A stretch of DNA of 64,000 nucleotides from Candidatus Cloacimonadota bacterium (GTDB lineage: Bacteria > Cloacimonadota > Cloacimonadia > Cloacimonadales > TCS61). The position numbers and the translations under genes were made by a program. The DNA lies in NCBI GenBank assembly GCA_018400535.1, contig JAGYMQ010000047.1, forward strand, positions 4,997 through 68,996. Direction: 5' to 3'. The notes below the pieces were generated by a model. It saw only the letters and a program-made list of their open reading frames with translations, had not been told where the DNA came from and made no database searches. This document shows positions 9,585 through 18,910 of this stretch, one piece after another; within the stretch, counting starts at the first letter, position 1, and every line of letters starts with the position of its first letter.

Positions 9585-10850
9585 ATGAAAAGAATAATTA
9601 TAACTTTAGTAATATTTTCCAGCATAATATTGTTAATATTCTCTTGCGTGAAAAGAGATTACGAAACAGTTGCTGAATCCAAAAACGTTCCTTTTCAATA
9701 TAAATTTGGTGAATTGAAAGAAGGAGAAAATCTGGCTGATGCCTTAATGTCAAGAGGATTGAATAGAGGATTGGTCTTTCAGCTCGTTAACGAACTGAAT
9801 GAACTTTTTGATTTACGCTATTCCCATCCCAAAGACAAATATGCGGTGAAATTGGACACTTTGGGAAATTTCATCGACTTTGGTTTCCAGCCAAATAAAA
9901 TCCACACATATTGGGTGCGCAAAGATTCTTTGGGAAATCTATTCAGTGTGGTCGATACACTTCAATTAACCAAAAAGATTTCAGTTTGCGAAGGTGAAAT
10001 TGAATCTTCACTGTGGAATGCAATGATCAAGATCGGTGAAAAACCATCCTTGATCGTGATGCTGACACAGATTTTCCAATGGGATATCGATTTTTTCATT
10101 GATCCGCAAAAAGGAGATCGCTTCAAATTGGTCTTCGAAGAATTTGTGAATGAAAATAATATTTTCGTGAAATATGGAAATATTCTGGTGGCACGTTATC
10201 AAAGCCCAGCTTTTGAAGAAACAGCCTATCGTTATACGAATCATCAAGGAGAAACCAAATATTATGATGAGACGGGCAAATGTTTCCAAAAGGCATTTTT
10301 GAAATCACCGTTAAATTACAAACGGATCTCTTCCTATTTTGGCTCACGATTCCATCCGATCAGAAAACGAAGGATCTTTCACAATGGTGTCGATTATGCT
10401 GCCAGCTACGGCACTCCAGTGGAAGCAGCAGCCGATGGCACGATAATTCATCGCGGTTGGAAAGGAGGTCATCCCACGATAAATGGTAGAAAAGGTGGCT
10501 ATGGCAAAACAGTGATCATCCGCCACGCAAATGGCTATAAAACGCTTTATGGCCATTTGAGCAGTTATGGAAAATATCGCGTGGGGGATCGAGTTGAACA
10601 GCATAACGTGATCGGTTATGTTGGTTCGACGGGTCTTTCCACGGGCAATCATCTTCATTACACGATCTATCATTATGGGAAAGCTATAAATCCCCTAAGT
10701 TTGAAAAATGTTGCTGGTTCACCAGTTCCAAAAAGGGAAATGTCAGAATACAAAGAGATAGTAAAAAATCTCAAGACAATATTGAACAAAAGAGATTCGG
10801 TAGCAGAAAATGATCTTTTACACGAATCGATATCAGTCAAAAAACGATAA
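9585..10850 (+). CDS. M23 family metallopeptidase (LytM-type), membrane-anchored
   Basis: 421 aa. N-terminal hydrophobic anchor. Zinc motifs are HNGVDYAASYGTPVEAAADGTI and GNHLHYTIY. Confidence 0.85.
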   Translation: MKRIIITLVIFSSIILLIFSCVKRDYETVAESKNVPFQYKFGELKEGENLADALMSRGLNRGLVFQLVNELNELFDLRYSHPKDKYAVKLDTLGNFIDFGFQPNKIHTYWVRKDSLGNLFSVVDTLQLTKKISVCEGEIESSLWNAMIKIGEKPSLIVMLTQIFQWDIDFFIDPQKGDRFKLVFEEFVNENNIFVKYGNILVARYQSPAFEETAYRYTNHQGETKYYDETGKCFQKAFLKSPLNYKRISSYFGSRFHPIRKRRIFHNGVDYAASYGTPVEAAADGTIIHRGWKGGHPTINGRKGGYGKTVIIRHANGYKTLYGHLSSYGKYRVGDRVEQHNVIGYVGSTGLSTGNHLHYTIYHYGKAINPLSLKNVAGSPVPKREMSEYKEIVKNLKTILNKRDSVAENDLLHESISVKKR

Positions 10851-10962
10851 ATGTTCATCCTAGAATATTTTCGTTGGAATTTCTGGTTGACAATAAAGGT
10901 TGAGATAGATGTTTTAGCAAAAATTTTTATAAAGCAAAATTATGAGCAAGAGGAGAAGTTAT

Positions 10963-13917
10963 ATGGAATTTAATCATCTGAAAACGGGTAAACTCCTGTT
11001 TTTAATGGTTTTCACTCTTTTAATCACCCTATCATTTGCTGCAGAAGAAGATTATTCTAATTATATCGTGGAAAATCTTCAGGTCAATGATATCCCAAAT
11101 GATGATGGCGGTGGATTGGTATTGAGCTGGAAACCTTTACCCAAAGAACGACGAATCATCGAATATCGTATCTATCGTGGTGTCTCTCCAGACACACTAT
11201 TTTTTCATGGCAAAGTCGATGTAAACGTGAAAACAGGCGTCTCTGGAGATGAATTGTTTTACTATGATTCAGGTTACAATATGTTTGTCAATTTGCAATC
11301 CCCAGGAAAACTGAAGAAGGAAGAACAACAAAGTCCTGAAAGTCCACTTTTTCTAAGTTATCCCCGCGATATTACAGTGAGCGGACCACGATTAAAGAAC
11401 TACCGGATTCTTGGCGTGATCCCAGAAAAAGATTTTTATTATAGAAATACAAAAGTGGAAATTGAAGAAGATGATGAAACAGAAGTATATGCTGGGTATA
11501 AGTTAAGGCATTTCAAATACCTATTAAAAAAATTAATCGCTGATAAAGAATATTTTTATACGGTTCTTGCTGTGACTGAATCCCGAAAATTTATGCCTCA
11601 TGCCAAGATCGTGAGCGGAATACCGCGTGATGATTCTCCAGAAGCCGCAAAAGAATTTTTCCCTGTTTTCGTGAAAGATAAAAAAATATTGAAATTTGAA
11701 TGGACTCGTGCAATCTTTACCACGGATCATAGCAATCACAATCTTTATCTGATCCACAAAGATGATCTTGAGACCTTTAACGATTTCGTGCAAGAACAGA
11801 TTAACCTGGAAGAATTGAGCATCACCGCAAAGGAAGATTCCCTACTAGAAATTCCTGAAGCTAAATATACAAATCCAGCAAAATTGATCTTCACCAGATA
11901 TTCTGGATATCCCTACACAGCAAATAATACAGTGAGCATTCCGATCAAAGATAATCTCATCGCTGATGAAGAAAATGAGATCGAAGTAGAAATTGATCCG
12001 ACTGAAATGACAGATTATCGCTTTGTTTTCTCCTTTGCTGATTGGAATGGTTTCGAAACTTTTTCTGAGGTGAAAAAAGCAAAAGAAATCTATTCTGCTG
12101 ATCTACCAAAATTGCCTGCGGAATGGAAAGTGACAGATCGGGCTGATGACAAAGGAGATTACAATACGATCTCTTGGGGAAAACCATCAGTATTATTGAC
12201 CAATACTTCCTATCTGAATGAAGAAAAGACCAAGCTATTGGTAAATTATGATGTTTATACGAACAAAAATTACAAAACGATCAAAAATGTTTATTTCCAA
12301 GTTTATGATATGCATGGAAATATGATCGATGAGATCAACGAATTTTATCAAGATAAAAAGATCAAAATAAAATTGCCCCATGAAATGAATGAAATCACCT
12401 TCAAGATGTGGATCAAGGCAAATGGATATTCTGGCAAAGATCAGCTATTCACACAGAAATTGATCTATGACGAAAATTCTAAATCTATGCAACCGGGAAA
12501 ACTATATCTGGACAACGAAGAAGTGAATCGTTTTTCCTATTCGATCTATAAACGAAATTATTCTAACGAAGAATGGCGATTATCCAAAAGCACAATGGGC
12601 TCTCAACGCGAGCTTTTTGATAATATAGCCTATGAATTGGATCATTTTAAAAGTGTAAGTAAATTTGATCTGGAAAAAAAATTATTCCTGGTCTCCCCCA
12701 CCTTTTCAATCCGTATGGATGATAAATTAGAAAATTCTATCGTTGCCAATCTTTATCCTTCGGAACAAAAGAAATCGATCGAAAATTATCAAAAAGAAAT
12801 CGAAAAATATGAAGCGCAGAAAGATACAGCCAGCGCAGAAGAAATAGCAAAATTTGACCGATATATTGAGCATTATCAAAATCAGCTGAAGATTGCTCAA
12901 GAAAATCCCATTTTAAAAACTGCTGCAGAAATCAATGGCAAGAAAGCAAGATTGAAATATTTAGAAAAAGCGCGTAAGATCGGTTCGCGTTCATTTGAGT
13001 ATAAAATCGTTAAATCCGACGGGAAAGGTATTTTTACTGAATCTGAAGTGTATCAAGCTGAAAAGATCGGTAATCTTCCTTTCACGAAGAAAACCAGAAA
13101 TTCTTTTGCCGGACTGGGTAAAAACCATTTTTATCCTTTACCAAATTGGTTTCAAAGCAATAAATTTGCAACTTTGATCGCAACTTTAATTTTCGGTTAC
13201 CTCGTTTTCACAATGATCCAAAAAGCAAAAAAGGGCAAGGACTTGTATATTCGTCCGATCGCAGGTATATCTGAGATCGATAACGCGATTGGGAGAGCAA
13301 CCGAGATGGGGCGTCCAATCCTTTATGTGCCAGGTTTATCTGGTATTGGTGATGTGGCAACGCTAGCCGGACTTTCGTTACTGGGTAGAGTTGCCAAAAA
13401 AGCAGCAGAATATGATACCCGCATTTTGGTTCCCGTGCGCGATTATATTGTATTGCCAATTGCACAGGAAATCGTGAAAGAAGCTCATTATGAAGCTGGA
13501 CGGCCAGACACCTATGATAATAATAGCGTTTTCTTTATCACTACCTCACAGTTTGCCTTTGTGGCGGGTGTGAATGGAATCATGATCAGAGAGAAAACTG
13601 CGACCAATTTCTATATGGGTATGTTCTGGGCAGAAGCTCTTTTGATGACAGAAACAGGTAGCATGACAGGAGCGATCCAGATCTCTGGAACTGACGCTGT
13701 CACACAAATTCCGTTTTTCATCACAACCTGCGATTATACCCTGATCGGAGAAGAACTTTATGCTGCGTCTGCTTATCTGGCAAAAGAGCCTTTACAACTT
13801 GGAACGTTGAAAGCTGTGGATTATCTTAAATTCATTATTATAATCTTCGTGATCGGGGGAACGATCTTATCCACATTCCACGCAACTTTTTTAATCAATT
13901 CATTTCCAGAAAAATAG
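10963..13917 (+). CDS. Large envelope protein of unknown function: signal peptide, FN3-like modules, coiled coil, then a TM - ~230 aa domain - TM C-terminus
   Basis: The track ORF starts at 10942, but the ATG at 10963 has GAGGAG 7 nt upstream. Signal-like LLFLMVFTLLITLSFA. FN3-like NDIPNDDGGGLVLSWKPLP and DRADDKGDYNTISWGKPS. Coiled-coil segment EQKKSIENYQKEIEKYEAQKD. TM helices are FATLIATLIFGYLVFTMI and FIIIIFVIGGTILSTF. Confidence 0.8.
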   Translation: MEFNHLKTGKLLFLMVFTLLITLSFAAEEDYSNYIVENLQVNDIPNDDGGGLVLSWKPLPKERRIIEYRIYRGVSPDTLFFHGKVDVNVKTGVSGDELFYYDSGYNMFVNLQSPGKLKKEEQQSPESPLFLSYPRDITVSGPRLKNYRILGVIPEKDFYYRNTKVEIEEDDETEVYAGYKLRHFKYLLKKLIADKEYFYTVLAVTESRKFMPHAKIVSGIPRDDSPEAAKEFFPVFVKDKKILKFEWTRAIFTTDHSNHNLYLIHKDDLETFNDFVQEQINLEELSITAKEDSLLEIPEAKYTNPAKLIFTRYSGYPYTANNTVSIPIKDNLIADEENEIEVEIDPTEMTDYRFVFSFADWNGFETFSEVKKAKEIYSADLPKLPAEWKVTDRADDKGDYNTISWGKPSVLLTNTSYLNEEKTKLLVNYDVYTNKNYKTIKNVYFQVYDMHGNMIDEINEFYQDKKIKIKLPHEMNEITFKMWIKANGYSGKDQLFTQKLIYDENSKSMQPGKLYLDNEEVNRFSYSIYKRNYSNEEWRLSKSTMGSQRELFDNIAYELDHFKSVSKFDLEKKLFLVSPTFSIRMDDKLENSIVANLYPSEQKKSIENYQKEIEKYEAQKDTASAEEIAKFDRYIEHYQNQLKIAQENPILKTAAEINGKKARLKYLEKARKIGSRSFEYKIVKSDGKGIFTESEVYQAEKIGNLPFTKKTRNSFAGLGKNHFYPLPNWFQSNKFATLIATLIFGYLVFTMIQKAKKGKDLYIRPIAGISEIDNAIGRATEMGRPILYVPGLSGIGDVATLAGLSLLGRVAKKAAEYDTRILVPVRDYIVLPIAQEIVKEAHYEAGRPDTYDNNSVFFITTSQFAFVAGVNGIMIREKTATNFYMGMFWAEALLMTETGSMTGAIQISGTDAVTQIPFFITTCDYTLIGEELYAASAYLAKEPLQLGTLKAVDYLKFIIIIFVIGGTILSTFHATFLINSFPEK

Positions 13918-13925
13918 GAGGTTAA

Positions 13926-14540
13926 ATGAAACGACAAATACCTTTGGCAATAGTAATTACGCTGGGATTCTTGTTTGTGATCCATACATTTGTCCCACAT
14001 AAAATATCCCAAGATTTTTATGATTGGTTTCAAACCTGGATAAAAGCTATTTCTCCCTTTGCTGTCTTTTTGGGAGTGATGAGTTTATTCAATGTGCATA
14101 GAACAAAAATATCTCGTCGTGTTCCTAACTGGCAATACAGCGTTATAACGCTTATTGGTCTATTCTTCACAGCCTTTGCAGGTTTTATGTGGGGAACGCA
14201 AGAGGGAACGCCCTATATGTGGTTATTCACAAATGTGCAAATGCCAATGAGTGCAACAATGTTCTCTCTTCTGGCATTTTATATTGCTTCTGCTGCTTAC
14301 AAAGCTTTTCGGGCACGTTCTGCTGAAGCAACTGTTCTTTTGGTTGCAGCGATCATCGTGATGCTCGGTCAAGTTTCTTTGGGGGCAGCAATTACCAAAT
14401 GGATACCAGAAACTTCCCGATGGATCTTGAACGTTCCCAATCTTGCTGCAAAACGTGCGATTATGATCGGGGTTGGATTGGGAATGACAGCGACTTCATT
14501 GAAGATTTTACTTGGCATTGAGAGAACCTATTTGGGTTGA
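13926..14540 (+). CDS. Polytopic membrane protein (about 6 TM), unknown function
   Basis: 204 aa. AGGAGG lies 5 nt upstream of the ATG, 8 nt after the previous stop. I read six hydrophobic segments from the translation. Confidence 0.75.
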   Translation: MKRQIPLAIVITLGFLFVIHTFVPHKISQDFYDWFQTWIKAISPFAVFLGVMSLFNVHRTKISRRVPNWQYSVITLIGLFFTAFAGFMWGTQEGTPYMWLFTNVQMPMSATMFSLLAFYIASAAYKAFRARSAEATVLLVAAIIVMLGQVSLGAAITKWIPETSRWILNVPNLAAKRAIMIGVGLGMTATSLKILLGIERTYLG

Positions 14541-14550
14541 GGTGATTGAT

Positions 14551-15510
14551 ATGAATAAATTAATACAAATATTCCAAAAAATGCAAAGTGTTGATCGACG
14601 CTATATTTTTATCGTGGTAGCACTTTCGATCATCATCCCACTTTTGATTCCCTTCAATTCCAAAACTTATGTGACAGAACCAACTGAAAGTATATATCGT
14701 AAAATCGATTCTTTTGCAAACGATAAATCGAAAGCTGTGTTGCTTTCTTTCACGCATAATGCGTCAACAATGCCAGAATTATTTCCGATGGAAGTAGCGG
14801 TATTACGCCATTGCTTTGAAAGAAACATCAAAGTTTTCACTATTTGCTGGTTGCCAGATGCTGCACCGCTTGTTGATTATGCGATAAATACCGCCAAAGA
14901 AGATTATAATGTTCAATCTGGTATTGATTATTGTAATTTTGGCTACAGGCCGTACTCTCTGCGTATCCCGATCATGTTAGGAATGGGAGAAAATATCGCG
15001 GAATCTGTCGAAACTGATTCTCAAGGGCGTAAATTGGATAATTTACCGATAATGGATAATATCAAAAATTATGATGATATGAATCTGGTTATTGACTTTG
15101 CTGGAAGCTCCAGTGCGATCCAATGGGTGATGTATGCCAGAGCGAAATTTGGAGCTAATGTCGCTGCTGGAATTACTGCTGTGATGGTTGCCGATAATTA
15201 TCCTTATCTGCAAACTGGTCAATTGATCGGAATGTTCCGCGGTTTGAAAGGAGCAGCAGAATATGAAAAATTGGTCGATGTCTTTGCTTCCTATGAAAGC
15301 CCAGATTACCCGAATGGAAGACCTTTTAGTAAAGAAATCATCAAAGAGACCTGGGTACCGATAACTGATGATAAAATTCCCTATAAGTATAAGAAAGCTC
15401 GTATCGGAATGAATGCACAATCTGTTGCTCACATCATGATAATTGTTTTCATTTTATTGGGAAATATTGGTTACTTCTTGACCAGACAGAAAAAGAAAAA
15501 AATTGTATAG
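14551..15510 (+). CDS. Membrane protein, TM - soluble domain - TM, paralogous to the C-terminal domain of the 10963..13917 product
   Basis: The track ORF starts at 14512, but the ATG at 14551 follows GAGGTG and lies after the upstream stop at 14540. TM helices are YIFIVVALSIIIPLLIPF and VAHIMIIVFILLGNIGYFL. Confidence 0.75.
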   Translation: MNKLIQIFQKMQSVDRRYIFIVVALSIIIPLLIPFNSKTYVTEPTESIYRKIDSFANDKSKAVLLSFTHNASTMPELFPMEVAVLRHCFERNIKVFTICWLPDAAPLVDYAINTAKEDYNVQSGIDYCNFGYRPYSLRIPIMLGMGENIAESVETDSQGRKLDNLPIMDNIKNYDDMNLVIDFAGSSSAIQWVMYARAKFGANVAAGITAVMVADNYPYLQTGQLIGMFRGLKGAAEYEKLVDVFASYESPDYPNGRPFSKEIIKETWVPITDDKIPYKYKKARIGMNAQSVAHIMIIVFILLGNIGYFLTRQKKKKIV

Positions 15511-15522
15511 GAGGAAAACATT

Positions 15523-16122
15523 ATGTATGAAACAATTAGTAATTTCGTAGCAGCCTTTTTAACCTTGAGTATTTTCTCATTTTTATACAAAGATAATCCT
15601 TTCTATAAATTTGCCGAGCATCTTCTGGTGGGAGTTTCTATGGGATACGCAATCCCTGTTCTCTATGAGAATGTATTTATTCCCTATGTTTACATACCAA
15701 TCTTTTTAAATCATGATTTCATCATTATAATACCATCTCTTTTAGGTGTTCTATATATTCTGCGATTTAGTAAAAACTTGAGTTGGTTAGCTCGCTACCC
15801 TATCACTTTTACTATGGGTATTGTCGGTATGGGAGTTCCCTTATCTTTACATACGTCGGTTTTGGTTCAAATGCGAAGTGCTATGCTTCCTTTGGATAAC
15901 ATAAACACAATATTGATCTTTATCGGAACTGTTACAATCCTGCTCTATTTCTATTTTTCTAAAGCTCATCGCGGTATTTACGGAAAAGTGACCAATATGG
16001 GCATTTGGTTCATGATGATCGGTTTCGGTGCATCGTTTGGCTACACAGTTATGGCACGTATTTCGCTTTTGATCGGGAGAATTCAGTTCCTGTTGGGAGA
16101 TTGGCTCGGATTAATAAAATAG
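15523..16122 (+). CDS. Polytopic membrane protein (about 6 TM), unknown function
   Basis: 199 aa. TAGGAGG lies upstream of the ATG, 12 nt after the previous stop. It is followed by a strong terminator. Confidence 0.75.
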   Translation: MYETISNFVAAFLTLSIFSFLYKDNPFYKFAEHLLVGVSMGYAIPVLYENVFIPYVYIPIFLNHDFIIIIPSLLGVLYILRFSKNLSWLARYPITFTMGIVGMGVPLSLHTSVLVQMRSAMLPLDNINTILIFIGTVTILLYFYFSKAHRGIYGKVTNMGIWFMMIGFGASFGYTVMARISLLIGRIQFLLGDWLGLIK

Positions 16123-16142
16123 TTGGAAAAATCTAATTAATC

Positions 16143-16172
16143 AAAAGCCCTGTTTTTCAGGGCTTTTTTTTT
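16143..16172. terminator. Bidirectional rho-independent terminator between convergent genes
   Basis: Stem AAAGCCCTG / CAGGGCTTT with a TTTTT loop, an A-run before it and a 9-10 nt T-run after it. Confidence 0.85.
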
Positions 16173-16187
16173 GAAATGGAATAACGT

Positions 16188-17477
16188 TTAAATTGTTTTT
16201 TTTATAATCTGGAAAACTTTTTTTGCCAAATATTTATGGCTATATTTCCAATATTTTTCGGCAGTTGGCTTCCACTGCTTTTGTTCAAGCCACAATTTAT
16301 AATAAAACCCAATATAATCTTCGATCGCCGTGATCTCATCATAAAAAAACATTTCTCCAGAATTGGTTTCTTTTAATATTGCTGCAGCTTCGCCATCTTT
16401 CGGACCGATCCCCAAAATTGGATTTTGTGCACCTAAATATTCAAATAGTTTTCCCGTTAAAATCCCGCAATTATTTTTAACACGAATGATTATCAAAAGC
16501 AAAAGATTGGAATTGATCATTTCTGTCAAAACAGTTTCATGATCAATATGCCCTTTGATATTGAGCAAATTGAATCTGTCTTGTCTTTGCAGTTTTTTTT
16601 CGATCTCTTCTGAAACATTTCCCCAAAGATCAAACCTGATTTTATTCTTTCCTTTTTCATATAATTGATTCAGAGCCAGTAGAATCGATGTCGGATCGGT
16701 CTCTGGAGCTAATGTACCAAAATGAGCTAAGCTGAATACAGAGTTTCTTTTTTTCACATAGCCACTAAAATCATCTTCATCAAATCCGTTAGTTATCACA
16801 GTTATTTTCCCCAGATCTTTAAAATCATGTTTTATCTTTTTAGACGCAGCTAATATAATGTCAGAATTTTTCACGATCCTTTTTTCCAAAATTTCATCGC
16901 AATAAGAGCTAAAGACAGATCGTTTCACATTTTGTAAATACCCCATCTGCGTCCAAGGATCACGAAAATCAGCTATCCATTTTATGCTAAATTTTCTTGC
17001 CAGTTTGTCAGCGATCAAATGAGTTGAATGAGGTGGTCCAGTAGATATAATTAGATCATATTTGTTTATTATCAATTCTTTTTTAGCCTTTTTCCAGGCA
17101 AAAAGATTCCATACTATTCGCATATCAGGAATGACAAAATTGAGTCGGACAAAGATCATCAATTTCTCGAAAAAACTGTTTTGGGAAGTAGTTTTCAGGC
17201 TTCCATATGGAATTTTATTCGAATTGCCAGCTACCTTTTTCACCAAACGTGAAAGACTGGGCGTATATGTCCTGATTACTCGAATATTTTTGGGAACTTC
17301 TTTCAACAATTTTTCGTCACGCACTGGATAGTCACCATCTTTTGTAGTGATCACAGTCGCTTGCAGATCATATAATATCAAATATTTCAGCAGTTTTAGC
17401 CAACGTCGCACTGCAATTCCCCCCGCTGGCGGCCAATAATAAGTTATCAATAATATTTTTTTCATATTTTCTTTCAC
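16188..17477 (-). CDS. Glycosyltransferase (GT4/GT1-like fold)
   Basis: 429 aa. The N-terminus KILLITYYWPPAGGIAVRRW is typical of GT-B glycosyltransferases. The track start at 17477 is GTG; the ATG at 17465 (MKKILLI) is the more likely start. Confidence 0.75.
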   Translation of the reverse strand: MKENMKKILLITYYWPPAGGIAVRRWLKLLKYLILYDLQATVITTKDGDYPVRDEKLLKEVPKNIRVIRTYTPSLSRLVKKVAGNSNKIPYGSLKTTSQNSFFEKLMIFVRLNFVIPDMRIVWNLFAWKKAKKELIINKYDLIISTGPPHSTHLIADKLARKFSIKWIADFRDPWTQMGYLQNVKRSVFSSYCDEILEKRIVKNSDIILAASKKIKHDFKDLGKITVITNGFDEDDFSGYVKKRNSVFSLAHFGTLAPETDPTSILLALNQLYEKGKNKIRFDLWGNVSEEIEKKLQRQDRFNLLNIKGHIDHETVLTEMINSNLLLLIIIRVKNNCGILTGKLFEYLGAQNPILGIGPKDGEAAAILKETNSGEMFFYDEITAIEDYIGFYYKLWLEQKQWKPTAEKYWKYSHKYLAKKVFQIIKKTI

Positions 17478-17537
17478 TTTGACAAATAATCTGCCAAATT
17501 ACTTTTTGTTCCAAAAAATTTTTGTGGAGATTTTATT

Positions 17538-17789
17538 ATGCGTCCAATTGATCGTAAAGTGTATAAAGAAATAAACGATAAAGGTATCAGTTTTGATGAG
17601 ATCATGGAAATCGTTGATCGCATGAGCAGATCAGAATTAAAAAAAAGTTTTGAAGATGACTGTCTTTTCCAGACCACAAAATATTTTGCCAACAATGTTC
17701 TAAACTCTCTTCTGCGCAATCGGCTCATCCAAAAAAAAGGAAACCGCTATTTCAAACCGGACAAGAAAAAAGATCAATCTCGCCATTGA
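17538..17789 (+). CDS. Small hypothetical protein (83 aa)
   Basis: GGAG lies 9 nt upstream of the ATG. The K/E/D-rich composition resembles the real proteins here. The competing antisense ORF 17474..17728 is S/L/R/F-rich, like a shadow frame. Its 3' end overlaps the convergent methyltransferase gene by 16 nt. Confidence 0.45.
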   Translation: MRPIDRKVYKEINDKGISFDEIMEIVDRMSRSELKKSFEDDCLFQTTKYFANNVLNSLLRNRLIQKKGNRYFKPDKKKDQSRH

Positions 17790-18352
17790 CGATCCAATTC
17801 GTAACAGCAGATAGCAGCCGCCATTCCCACATTCAAAGAATTCTTCCAACCACTCATTGGAATACGGAAGACACCATCAGCTCTTTGCAATATTTCTTGC
17901 GACAAGCCTAAAGCTTCATTACCCAGAATAAAAGCAATGTTTGGCTGGAAATATTCAGAGTGCAATATCTTTGCCTTCTCTGCTGTCTCTAAGGCAAAGA
18001 CTTTCATTTGCGAGCTTTGCAATTTTTTGACCAAAGCCAGAGCAGAAGGTTTATATTCCCATTCAATTTTTTTTTCAGTTCCCATCGAAGTTTTTTTCAC
18101 TTTGTCGTTTTCAGGAGTTGGTGTGTAACCGCAGAGATATATCTTTGAGATGGCGAAACATTCAGCGCTACGAAAGATTGAACCGACATTGAAAGCAGAG
18201 CGCAGATCATCCAAGATCAAAATAAGCGGCAGTTTTTTTGATGTTTTTTGATCTCCATCCTTTTTCTGGATAAGAAAATCTTTGTCTTCCAGATCCTTAC
18301 CGAATTCCCGCTCCAACGGAACAGCGACCAATAAGAACTGGCGCAGAGACAA
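17774..18352 (-). CDS. SpoU/TrmH-family RNA 2'-O-methyltransferase (the true start is probably upstream, near 18535)
   Basis: The three SpoU motifs are NVGSIFRSAECF, ILGNEALGLS and IPMSGWKNSLNVGMAAAICCYE. The track start is a TTG. The frame stays open for 61 more codons upstream (see findings). Confidence 0.85.
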   Translation of the reverse strand: MSLRQFLLVAVPLEREFGKDLEDKDFLIQKKDGDQKTSKKLPLILILDDLRSAFNVGSIFRSAECFAISKIYLCGYTPTPENDKVKKTSMGTEKKIEWEYKPSALALVKKLQSSQMKVFALETAEKAKILHSEYFQPNIAFILGNEALGLSQEILQRADGVFRIPMSGWKNSLNVGMAAAICCYELDRQWRD

Positions 18353-18536
18353 TTTCGTGAGTTCTTCAGTTTTGTAGCCAAAATATTCCAGACATCTTTG
18401 GAACTCGAGAAGCAGCGCTGATCTCTTTTCCTGATCTTGCCAGTTAATCTCGATCTCGTGAATAAATTTTAATAATACTTTTTTTTGTTTTGCTGTTGTA
18501 AATGCTTGAAATTTTGCTTTTGAGAACCGTAAAATA

Positions 18537-18890
18537 TTAACCTTCTTTGTGCAATTTTTTCAGCTTTTTCTCTGGCTTATAGCGTCTTAATTCTTTTTTT
18601 AATCTTGCATTTTCTTCTTTCAATTTATGATTCTCTGCTCGCAATCTCTTGTTTTGCTTGATCAGTTCATCGATCTTCATTTGATGCGATTTCTGCAATT
18701 TTTTGATCTTGTTTTTCAGGATGATAAGGTCTTTCTTTAATGTCTCATTGCTCTCTTCTAAACGATAATATTCCGTTTTAAAATCGATCTTCTTAACAAC
18801 CTTTTGTTTCTTCTGAACTTTTTGTACTTCCTGCGCAAAGACCAGCAAAACAGTAATGATCAATGCAATACTTATAACTATTTTTTTCAT
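18537..18890 (-). CDS. Secreted lysine-rich coiled-coil protein
   Basis: 117 aa. AGGAGGAGA lies upstream. Signal-like MKKIVISIALIITVLLVFA, followed by heptad-like K/E/L-rich sequence. Confidence 0.6.
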   Translation of the reverse strand: MKKIVISIALIITVLLVFAQEVQKVQKKQKVVKKIDFKTEYYRLEESNETLKKDLIILKNKIKKLQKSHQMKIDELIKQNKRLRAENHKLKEENARLKKELRRYKPEKKLKKLHKEG

Positions 18891-18910
18891 TTCTCCTCCT
18901 ATTCAAATAA

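Noticed and set aside
13866-13874. Perfect DnaA box TTATCCACA.
   Set aside because: It is a single copy inside a coding region. There is no cluster, no AT-rich unwinding element and no dnaA/dnaN context, so it is not an origin.
17474-17728. 84-aa minus-strand ORF that would be co-oriented with its neighbours and overlaps the GTG start of the glycosyltransferase.
   Set aside because: Its S/L/R/F-rich composition is typical of an antisense frame. The plus-strand 83-aa ORF in the same gap has a better SD sequence and a protein-like composition. The glycosyltransferase more likely starts at the ATG at 17465.
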